32,000 nt of DNA, taken from the NCBI RefSeq assembly GCF_000195755.1, contig NC_002937.3:1560001-1592000 (forward strand), written 5' to 3'. The stretch's first letter is position 1; every line of letters starts with the position of its first letter. Source of the DNA: Nitratidesulfovibrio vulgaris str. Hildenborough. Lineage in GTDB: Bacteria; Desulfobacterota; Desulfovibrionia; Desulfovibrionales; Desulfovibrionaceae. The position numbers and the translations under genes are program-made. The notes under the pieces were generated by a model, which worked only from the letters and a program-made list of their open reading frames with translations, had not been told where the DNA came from and ran no database searches. Of this stretch, positions 1 to 7,151 are shown piece by piece.

Positions 1-71
1 CGCACTGCGGCGCAGACATGGACAACGACGCGCGCGTTTGTACATCGTGTGGCAAGAGCGTGTCGTTCTAG
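1..71 (+). CDS. 3' end of a CDS (partial, begins upstream of the window) ending in a zinc-ribbon-like CxxC motif
   Basis: The frame ending at TAG 69-71 reads ...HCGADMDNDARVCTSCGKSVSF*. A strong terminator hairpin follows. Confidence 0.35.
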   Translation, partial: HCGADMDNDARVCTSCGKSVSF

Positions 72-102
72 CTGGTATCGCACCTGTCAGACCAGACACA
101 CA

Positions 103-125
103 AAAGCCCCCGCATCGGGGGCTTT
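103..125. terminator. Bidirectional rho-independent terminator between convergent genes
   Basis: aagcccccg / cgggggctt is a 9-bp GC-rich stem (103-111 / 115-123) with a 3-nt loop. It is flanked by AAAA on one side and TTTT on the other. It sits between the + CDS end (71) and the - CDS end (130). Confidence 0.7.
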
Positions 126-129
126 TGCA

Positions 130-630
130 TTACTCGGCATCTGCGTGGGCGGCTCGTTGTTCGCGTCGCCAGTCCCACGGGGGTTGCGGCATCCCTGCGG
201 CCCATAGGCCGCGTTGCGCGAGAGCTGCACGTATGGTCACCACTACCCACTCCACGCAAGGGAAGATGGCTTGGCAGTACTGCGGGTACACCCACGCCTG
301 ACCCGCGTCGAGCATGGCTGCGTTGACATCGACGTCTCCGTGCTGCACCCGCCCCACCACGCGACCGTATCGGTCGGTGTCCATCGTCCGCACGTCGATC
401 GTCCCCCCATCCGCGAGCATCTCGCGCAGGTAGTCGCGGGCCTCTGGCCCGCCGGGCTGTGCAAGCTCCGGGGCGTCCACACCATAGAGCCGTACCTTGA
501 CGACGTCACCGCTCGTGCGGCGGACGGTGAGCGTGTCACCATCGTGCACACGAAGTACGACGCCGGGCCACGCATAGACCAGCGAGGGACAGGTGAGCAG
601 GGCGCAGAGGAGGGCGGCGCGAATGAGCAT
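130..630 (-). CDS. Secreted thermonuclease (staphylococcal nuclease / SNase-like) with N-terminal signal peptide
   Basis: SNase hallmarks: VLRVHDGDTLTV...VRLYGVDAPE...GPEARDYL...DRYGRVVG...NAAMLDAGQAW. The start is taken at ATG 628-630 (MLIRAALLCALLTCPSLVYA/WPG) with AGGAAG 4 nt upstream. An alternative ATG lies at 649-651. The ORF-track start at 939 would bury the signal peptide. Confidence 0.8.
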   Translation of the reverse strand: MLIRAALLCALLTCPSLVYAWPGVVLRVHDGDTLTVRRTSGDVVKVRLYGVDAPELAQPGGPEARDYLREMLADGGTIDVRTMDTDRYGRVVGRVQHGDVDVNAAMLDAGQAWVYPQYCQAIFPCVEWVVVTIRAALAQRGLWAAGMPQPPWDWRREQRAAHADAE

Positions 631-998
631 ACGCTTCCTATACAGCAGCATGTGGGGCGTGACCATATCCGTGGCAGCGAAGGTCAGACGTTCATCAGGT
701 TGAGCATGCTTTGCTGCGGTGGGAGATCTTATGAGGTGTCGGAAGCGCTCATGAACTGGAGGGTGCTTTTTCCTCGTAGTTGCAATTAGCTGTTTTTCAT
801 CCATTTTTTTATGAGCGTAAATTTTTTTAAGAAAAAATACAGTCAATAAAAACAGGTTGTTAAAAAAACGAAGTGTCGATTTTGAATGGCTTTTCGCAGA
901 ATCTATGGACCGTGTGCAAGGGTTGTGGGGGGGGCGCACGACTGTTAAATGCTATTTGTCTCGGCATCATGTAGCGCAGTCCCCCAAAAGGAGGGTGC

Positions 999-1073
999 AT
1001 GACTAAAGCAGACATTCTCGTGTTTGTGAACGTCGCGCACGCAGTCATCGTCTGGGCTTTGAGTAGAGCCTAG
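999..1073 (+). CDS. 24-aa hydrophobic small ORF (MTKADILVFVNVAHAVIVWALSRA) with a strong SD; function unknown
   Basis: AGGAGGG at 989-995, ATG 999-1001, TAG 1071-1073. Too short for the ORF track. The 3' end abuts the convergent - strand terminator. Confidence 0.3.
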   Translation: MTKADILVFVNVAHAVIVWALSRA

Positions 1074-1074
1074 C

Positions 1075-1115
1075 AAAAAAGCCGACGGCCTCCCCGCGAA
1101 AGCGAGAAGGCCGCC
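1075..1115 (-). terminator. Rho-independent terminator closing the - strand tail operon
   Basis: On the - strand RNA: GGCCUUCUCGC-UUUC-GCGGGGAGGCC (11 pairs including two G-U). It is extended by two more pairs, then followed by a U6 run (plus-strand A run 1075-1080). Lies about 150 nt downstream of the last tail-region gene (stop 1263). Confidence 0.6.
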
Positions 1116-1156
1116 AAGTCTGAAGCGGGTCGATGCCGTACAGTAGCTACAGACCC

Positions 1157-1193
1157 GGAAAGGACACAGAGCTGGTACCTCTGTGTCCTTTCC
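1157..1193. repeat. Perfect 15-bp inverted repeat (hairpin) at the prophage edge
   Basis: GGAAAGGACACAGAG (1157-1171) / CTCTGTGTCCTTTCC (1179-1193) with a 7-nt loop. Only a weak T-rich tail (CTTTATGG) follows on the + strand. Confidence 0.6.
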
Positions 1194-1262
1194 CTTTATG
1201 GCACTGCACCTATTGAGGCAACAGATTTTCGGCATTATTTGCCGTTTTTTCGAGGCAAAACC

Positions 1263-1772
1263 CTACACCGGATAGCTCACTTCCACGACCTCCAGCGCTT
1301 CGAAGGTGGATGAGGATTCAACCATCGCTTTAAGTTCTGCCCGGCGCATAGCCAGCTTCTGCCGGGCATACTCAAGCCCGGTGAGATCGGTAGCAGCGAG
1401 CAACGCCGCTTCCACGGCCACCGTGGTGGGGGTGGGGTCGGAGAGGGCGATTACTCCAGCAAGGGCCGCATCGTGTCCGGCCCGGATGGCAGCCAGCTTC
1501 GTGGCCTTGGCCTGTTCCAGCGTCAGGGGCGGGGGCGGCGCATCGGCAGCGGCACGGGCCGACTCCCACGCGGCGAGGGCTGGCACAACCAGCACGTCAT
1601 ACTCGGTCTGTGTCACCGGGGTGTTCGGCGTGCCGTCGTTATGTTCCACCCACCCGGTGCGCCCATCCCACTGGATGGCATGCACGTGCCCCGGCAGGGT
1701 GAGGCTCACGTTGAGGCCCCGCCCGTCCACGATGACGAGGCTGTCGGCGGGAACGATGGTCACTCTAGGCAT
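1263..1772 (-). CDS. Phage tail-end hypothetical protein (possible tail fibre assembly/accessory protein)
   Basis: Start ATG 1770-1772 (MPRVTIVPAD...) preceded by AGGAGG. The ORF-track N-terminal extension to 2063 is an R/P/C-rich alternate frame of the upstream gene. It is the last gene of the tail operon. Confidence 0.6.
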   Translation of the reverse strand: MPRVTIVPADSLVIVDGRGLNVSLTLPGHVHAIQWDGRTGWVEHNDGTPNTPVTQTEYDVLVVPALAAWESARAAADAPPPPLTLEQAKATKLAAIRAGHDAALAGVIALSDPTPTTVAVEAALLAATDLTGLEYARQKLAMRRAELKAMVESSSTFEALEVVEVSYPV

Positions 1773-2103
1773 GGGGCACCTCCTGGAGGGCGATGGTGCG
1801 AGAATGTGCGGTCGCGCCCGCTGCGTTGTCTGCGCCGAGGGCGGCAAGGGTGATGGCCTGCGACGCCTCTGCCGCACGCACCATCTCGTTGCGCAGCGAT
1901 TCGGTAGCCGCCGCGCCCTGCCGCACCTGCTGTGCGTTCTCGATGAGCAGCACGGGCAGCCACGCCAGCGAGCATCCCCACTCGTCGATGTCCGCCCCGG
2001 TCTGCGGGTGCGTGCCGCGCAACTGCGTGAACAGGGCGCAGTCCAGTTGTCTGCATTCGACAAATCCCGCGAGCGGGCACAGGTTCTTGCGTTGCATCTG
2101 CAT
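1765..2103 (-). CDS. Phage hypothetical protein (112 aa, Cys-containing) downstream of the tail fibre
   Basis: ATG 2101-2103 lies 2 nt after the tail fibre stop. The 3' end overlaps the next gene's start by 8 nt. Composition looks protein-like. Confidence 0.55.
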   Translation of the reverse strand: MQMQRKNLCPLAGFVECRQLDCALFTQLRGTHPQTGADIDEWGCSLAWLPVLLIENAQQVRQGAAATESLRNEMVRAAEASQAITLAALGADNAAGATAHSRTIALQEVPHA

Positions 2104-2105
2104 GG

Positions 2106-2738
2106 CTAATCCTTTCTGGCGATGATGACGTCGACGTAGGCGAGGCGCAGGTCGAGGCCGTGTGAGTGTGAACCGTTGCCGCCAACGTAGTCCGTATACC
2201 GCGTGGCGTTACGTACGAACTTGGAACTAGAGGCAGGAGGCACGTCAGAGCTACCGCTCCAGTAGAAACCAACGCCAACGGCCTCGGCTGTTCCCCCGAA
2301 GTTAGAGTACCCCGCCAGAATACCCAACCTGTGACTTGGCATCTGCGAGGTTACCAGCGTCGTCGAGTCGACCATCGTACGGCTAAAAATAGAAGAGAAT
2401 CCCGTGACGCCGCCGCTCCCCACCGCCCCGGACACCACCCGCAACGCCCTGTCATTTAACGTCACGTCCTTCGTCCACCCTGTAGGGGCCGTCGACTGCT
2501 GAAAGAGCATCCGCGTCCCGGAAGGGAAAGATGCCCCACCGCCAGCCTGTTTCCATGTGACAGGGCTGGCGCTGATCAACATCCAAAGGGTGTTGTCGTC
2601 GAGTTGCCGGGCCAATTTCCCTATGCCACTGGCATCGACGCCAATGCCCGCTTCGCGCGCAGATTGATTTGCGTACTCCCATGCGTACGGCACGTGCATG
2701 TTGTCTGCGCCAGTTAAAGCACCGTGTAGTGTAGACAT
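2106..2738 (-). CDS. Tail fibre protein with phage tail-collar-like domain
   Basis: Motifs RMLFQQSTAPTGWTKD, ...LTSQMPSH... and GGNGSHSHG...VDVIIARKD are typical of tail-collar/MdpB-like fibre proteins. ATG 2736-2738 shares 1 nt with the gpJ-like stop (TGATG). The track start at 2741 is a TTG. Confidence 0.75.
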   Translation of the reverse strand: MSTLHGALTGADNMHVPYAWEYANQSAREAGIGVDASGIGKLARQLDDNTLWMLISASPVTWKQAGGGASFPSGTRMLFQQSTAPTGWTKDVTLNDRALRVVSGAVGSGGVTGFSSIFSRTMVDSTTLVTSQMPSHRLGILAGYSNFGGTAEAVGVGFYWSGSSDVPPASSSKFVRNATRYTDYVGGNGSHSHGLDLRLAYVDVIIARKD

Positions 2739-5518
2739 CAAAATACTCCCATGAGTTGCGTGGGTTCTCCGCCCACAGTCACATATACGGGAACCTCAAG
2801 CCCTCCATCCATTGCTGTGATGGGGCGGATGGATCCAGAAGGTGTGTTGAGAGCAAAGTCCACATCGACAGTCTGTCCGTCGGCGGGGTGGCCTGTAGCT
2901 GTCACTGCGATACGGTAGGCAAAGCCGACCTCAAGGTTGCGCACGATGAATGACGGATCCGCTGTCGTTCCAGCGAGCCACCAAGCATTGCCTCCACTGC
3001 CAAGCTTGCGCACGAAGATGGACCAACGCATGGCATCACCACGCCACGCGAGTGACACAAGGCGTTTGGCCACAAGGTCCTCTGTGACCTGCATGAGGGT
3101 TGCCACCAGAGCTGTGACGCTCGGCAGCGTGGCGCTGGATGGGATGCTCGGCGGCTGGCCTTCGTCGGCGTATACGGCCTCGTCGTACTCCAGTGCCTCG
3201 ATCTGCACCCGCATGTCTTGCGTGCGTGCGATGGAGAGCACGCGATACCATCGGGCGTTGCGTCCAAGCTCTCCCACTGTCACCGTGGCTGTTTCGGACG
3301 GGGCGAATTGAAGGGGGGCAGCAAGGTGCAAGGTGCTCGTGGAGGTGTGTTGCGAGACAGGAGCGAGGGTAACCGACTCGTGGAGCTCGTTGCCTGTGTC
3401 CGCGCATTGCCGGTCTACATGCCGAACAAGTACTTGATAGGTAGTTCCGGGTTCGAGGGTCACAGGCCTGTTGAGGGTGATTTCCGTGGGTGTGGCCGTG
3501 AGTACGCGTGCGGACTGTGTACGGTGCAGTAGATCATGTGCGATCTGGATGATGCGCCCGGGAGCGACGTGCGAGCCTAAGGCGTCGACATTGCATCGCA
3601 GGCTGATTGTGCGGGCCAGATACCGGTTGCATCTATCCATGTAGCGAGCCCAGCGGTATGCCTGTGCTTCCGTCGTGCAGGGATAGAGGGTTTCCTGCCG
3701 GATTCTCGGGGTACGGCCTGCAATGATCCCGTATTTTTCACCGGGGACGAAAAGCGTTTCCGGCCCGCGTTCGGGGTGGAACCATGTCACTTCCCAAGCA
3801 TCGGCCCGGTCTGTCAGGGCTGCATACCCTACACCGCATGTGCCGTTGAGGATGTTGGCTGGCGTGACCAACAGTCCTTGATCGGGGAATTGTTCAGGTC
3901 TGTCGCTGATACACCCAATGCTGGTGCCACGAGGGAGGATGCGGAACCTTCCGAATCGACCGAGATAGGACGCCGCTGTTTCAAAGTTCATATCGGTGTC
4001 AAAGTACATCGCGCCTGTGATGCCTTTCTCGTCACACCACGCGGCTGCATCCGCAAAGTCTTGGAGCGCGACTTGCGACACTGGCCAAGCGACCCCGTAG
4101 CGGCGGTTTAGCAACAGGTCGAGTGCCATCCATGCGGGGTTGCTAGCAGGCCGGGAGACAGTTCCACCGTTACCGTCCGGCAGGGGCAGGGTAGAGCGCT
4201 CTGCTGTGCAAGTGACGGTGAAGGCGCTGCCGTTCAGCTGGTCGGTAGCCAGTGCCCGAACCGCGAAAAGAGCCATGTTGGGAAGCCGGAAATCATCAGG
4301 CACGATCTCGTGGCAGTATTCCCACCATGTATCGCTCATATGCCTCGTGTCGCTGGCGGGTGGAGTGTTGAAGCGGACTCGTACCTCGTAGTGGCCAGTT
4401 GGAACGGCATAACGCCAATAGCGACGGACTGCAGCGCGCTGGGATGCGGTGATGGTCTGCGTATCCAAGTGGGTCCAAGCCGTGGCTCCAATGACCCGGC
4501 ATTCTATGTCGATGGTCACAGAGAGAGAATCAAGCCCGCCCTTGTCGTTGGCGTACCACAGCCCCTGCAAGCAGGATATGCCGATACCGATGCTCTGTGT
4601 GTTGTTCCCTGAGAGAGTGACAGTGTGCCAATTGGTGCTGATCTTCACTCCGACAGCCTGTTCACTCACAGCATCATTGAACGCAGGGATGACGCTCTGA
4701 TCGGGCGTTCCCTGTCGGGTTTCGACGACGACTTCGGTGTAGTTGCCGATGGGGTTGCCATTGATTTTCACGTCGGAGATAGCATCAACAGGCCCCTCTC
4801 CTATGATGAAGAGCATGTTCAAGTACTGCTTATCACCGTCCGTGCTGATGAATTGCCCCGCCTTGAATGGGGCAAAGTTCTCCTTTCTACCGTACAGGAT
4901 GGGGACAGGGCGTCCATTTTCGATGGGGTTGGTCGGTGCCCACCCATAGTTGGGTGACTCCTGCAGGGGGTCAGCTCCGATAGCGCGTCCGGATCCCACC
5001 CGGCCCGGAGGAAGTACGGCATTGATCGCGACGGCTCCCCCGACAGCCACGAGACCTCCTGCTATGGCGCCAGCCGTTCCCATCGCACCGGCCATGCCGA
5101 TGGCCGCTTCGGCGGAGATGAGACCTGCGCTCATCATGCCCGACATGGCCCCTGATACGAGCCAGCCTCCTATGGCCGGGGCTGTGACCAGCAATGCAAC
5201 CATGGCCACCGTCGCCAGTGGGTTTTTCCCTCCGCCTCCTCCCAAGGGGATGACGGTAGCAAGCACCGCATCACCGGGTTGCAGATCGTATATCTCCGCT
5301 TCGAAGAGCGTCAGCTTGCGGCCATTGATGGCAAACTGGATGTCGAAGGCCTCTGGGAGCTCGAATTCAGACGGGATGACTTCGGCAATGCGTAGTCCGG
5401 GGCGCCAAGCATGGTAGGCGCTATGCACATCAAGCGGATCGAGCCAGTTGAACGCTGTGGTTACAAGAACGCTAGCCGACTGCATCATAGCTCCAATACC
5501 CTGCCACGCGAGACGCAT
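2738..5518 (-). CDS. Host-specificity/central tail fibre protein (lambda gpJ-like) with an N-terminal gpI-like tail assembly domain (I-J fusion)
   Basis: The N-terminal ~200 aa carry a Gly/Ala-rich hydrophobic stretch plus ...NGRPVPILYGRKE..., as in lambda gpI. The rest matches the gpJ core (NPAWMALDLLLNRRYG, AWEVTWFHPERG, TTEAQAYRWARY..., GRIIQIAHD). Confidence 0.85.
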   Translation of the reverse strand: MRLAWQGIGAMMQSASVLVTTAFNWLDPLDVHSAYHAWRPGLRIAEVIPSEFELPEAFDIQFAINGRKLTLFEAEIYDLQPGDAVLATVIPLGGGGGKNPLATVAMVALLVTAPAIGGWLVSGAMSGMMSAGLISAEAAIGMAGAMGTAGAIAGGLVAVGGAVAINAVLPPGRVGSGRAIGADPLQESPNYGWAPTNPIENGRPVPILYGRKENFAPFKAGQFISTDGDKQYLNMLFIIGEGPVDAISDVKINGNPIGNYTEVVVETRQGTPDQSVIPAFNDAVSEQAVGVKISTNWHTVTLSGNNTQSIGIGISCLQGLWYANDKGGLDSLSVTIDIECRVIGATAWTHLDTQTITASQRAAVRRYWRYAVPTGHYEVRVRFNTPPASDTRHMSDTWWEYCHEIVPDDFRLPNMALFAVRALATDQLNGSAFTVTCTAERSTLPLPDGNGGTVSRPASNPAWMALDLLLNRRYGVAWPVSQVALQDFADAAAWCDEKGITGAMYFDTDMNFETAASYLGRFGRFRILPRGTSIGCISDRPEQFPDQGLLVTPANILNGTCGVGYAALTDRADAWEVTWFHPERGPETLFVPGEKYGIIAGRTPRIRQETLYPCTTEAQAYRWARYMDRCNRYLARTISLRCNVDALGSHVAPGRIIQIAHDLLHRTQSARVLTATPTEITLNRPVTLEPGTTYQVLVRHVDRQCADTGNELHESVTLAPVSQHTSTSTLHLAAPLQFAPSETATVTVGELGRNARWYRVLSIARTQDMRVQIEALEYDEAVYADEGQPPSIPSSATLPSVTALVATLMQVTEDLVAKRLVSLAWRGDAMRWSIFVRKLGSGGNAWWLAGTTADPSFIVRNLEVGFAYRIAVTATGHPADGQTVDVDFALNTPSGSIRPITAMDGGLEVPVYVTVGGEPTQLMGVF

Positions 5519-5900
5519 ACGGTGCTTCGGTCACGGTTGAGGTGTGGACGCCAGCTTCATTGAGAATGTGAACGAAGCGCCCTCTGCCGATGTACGTCGC
5601 AAAATGGTTAACAGCGCGGACGGCTCGTGCATCATGGCGTAGCGCGACAATGCACGGGATGACCGGGCTACCAAGGTGGACCCATATTCTCCGTTCGCGT
5701 TGGGCCCTGAATTCACGCGCGATGGCAAGTAGCTGCTCAGGGTCATGATGGAAGTCCGGCAGCTCGACCCCGAATAAGCGGTGGGTTGCCATTACGAGTC
5801 CCCAACAGTCGAAGCGAGGCGTCCCTGTTGCGGGATCCAGTTCTCCACGCCCTCCCTTCGCGTAACGTGCAGTGTAGAGTTCGGTCAGGCTAAAGCACAT
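5472..5900 (-). CDS. NlpC/P60-family tail assembly protein (lambda gpK / GTA g14-like)
   Basis: Motifs FDCWGLV (catalytic Cys) and ...NHFATYIG.GRFVHI (His) are typical of the NlpC/P60 fold. Positioned between the gpL-like and gpJ-like genes. Confidence 0.8.
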   Translation of the reverse strand: MCFSLTELYTARYAKGGRGELDPATGTPRFDCWGLVMATHRLFGVELPDFHHDPEQLLAIAREFRAQRERRIWVHLGSPVIPCIVALRHDARAVRAVNHFATYIGRGRFVHILNEAGVHTSTVTEAPYASRVAGYWSYDAVG

Positions 5901-6795
5901 AGTGTGCTCCTTTGCCGCAGAAGGGCACTCCGCCGAATAATTCGTTCCGGCCCGGATCGAGTGAGGCGGCGATTTCCCGGCATCGCGTCAGGGTGTGGTC
6001 GCATGTCCGCACGTGTGGGCAATCCTCCACTTGTCGCCACGTGCAGTAGTCGCGCAGGATCCGGCGTCCTATCACTGCTCCCCACACGTCGGGCCCTCCC
6101 ACCTCGATGGAAATCCAATCCATAGGCGGGGCGCATGATATCGATGCGTCCTGGAAGACGTACTCTGCGGTCGGGGCTGCTTCTGCTAAGAGATTCGTAT
6201 TGACGATGATGAGACGGCATCCCACCGGTTCTCGACCATTGGCTTTGCGCCAGTCTTCAAGTTGTTCCATCCAGCGGAGAGCGATGCCGTTTGCGTTGGA
6301 GACCCGTAGCTGCAGGGTTGCACGGCGGGCTCCTTCCCCCTCACGGTATTGTCCCAAGTCGAAGTTGAAGGCCTGCCAGATGTGTGAGCCGGGGCCTGAT
6401 ATGATTCCCCGCACTTCCCCTTCGAACAGCTCTCCCGCGATAAGCCGGTAGGTGGCCGCTGGTTGGGCGTCAATCTGCACCGCGTCGGGCTTGGTGAAGC
6501 TGGCCACGGTCTCCCACGTTGTGCCAGCTTGTCGTTGTAGTTCGATGGTGCCAGCGTCGATACCCGCATCGAGTGATACGGTCACCGCGCCGTACTCCCT
6601 CAATGTGTAGGCGATCGTGTCGGCAGGGGCGGAGAGGGTGCCTGTGGTGGCATCGATGTTCGGCCACGCCCACGAACGTGGATCACGTGCCAGCCGGATC
6701 GTTGTTCCATCCGGCAAAGCCAGTTCCGCCAGAACGATGTACGGATGCTCGCTGTGCGTGCGGTTCCGTTCGATGATTTCAGAGAGGCTGGGCAT
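5890..6795 (-). CDS. Minor tail protein, DUF2163/BR0599-like (gpL / GTA g13 position)
   Basis: The C-terminal CDHTLTRCREI...FGGVPF motif is characteristic of the BR0599 domain. Synteny with the NlpC/P60 and J-like genes. Confidence 0.7.
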   Translation of the reverse strand: MPSLSEIIERNRTHSEHPYIVLAELALPDGTTIRLARDPRSWAWPNIDATTGTLSAPADTIAYTLREYGAVTVSLDAGIDAGTIELQRQAGTTWETVASFTKPDAVQIDAQPAATYRLIAGELFEGEVRGIISGPGSHIWQAFNFDLGQYREGEGARRATLQLRVSNANGIALRWMEQLEDWRKANGREPVGCRLIIVNTNLLAEAAPTAEYVFQDASISCAPPMDWISIEVGGPDVWGAVIGRRILRDYCTWRQVEDCPHVRTCDHTLTRCREIAASLDPGRNELFGGVPFCGKGAHYVL

Positions 6796-6798
6796 GGT

Positions 6799-7149
6799 CT
6801 AAGCCTCTCTGACGATTTGTAGCTGTAGGTCTACGGCATACGTGCCGGGCTGTGAGCCCGACTGAGACCAGCGGGGAGAGTTCGGCTTGAGGCGTACGAC
6901 ATACGCCTTGGCTGTCGTGGGGTGCAGCCACAGAAAGCGCACAGCACGGTGCGACGCGCAGAAGGAGCGCAGGCTCTCGAATTGTGCAATACGGAGGCGA
7001 GGCCATTTAAGCGTCATCACCCCTTCACGAGGCGTACTGAATACGGGGCGCGCAGCGTCATCGCCGGATTCGAACTCTGATTCAATGTACGGGTCGTTTA
7101 CACATCGATCGATGCTTGTCGGGGCCGCGATGGTCGGAAAGGTATCCAT
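6799..7149 (-). CDS. Minor tail protein (gpM position), hypothetical
   Basis: ATG 7147-7149 lies 2 nt after the tape-measure stop, and its stop lies 3 nt before the next start. The call rests on synteny only. Confidence 0.6.
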   Translation of the reverse strand: MDTFPTIAAPTSIDRCVNDPYIESEFESGDDAARPVFSTPREGVMTLKWPRLRIAQFESLRSFCASHRAVRFLWLHPTTAKAYVVRLKPNSPRWSQSGSQPGTYAVDLQLQIVREA

Positions 7150-7151
7150 GG

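Noticed and set aside
945-1235. 96-aa - strand ORF in the junction region
   Set aside because: It spans two hairpin/terminator structures and lies antisense to the SD-preceded small ORF. It has no RBS.
1306-2109. 267-aa + strand ORF, plus the long - strand alternate-frame ORFs 1263-2063 (N-terminal part) and 1760-2278
   Set aside because: They overlap better-supported - strand genes that have SD sequences and coupled junctions. Their compositions are R/A/C-rich and look like junk.
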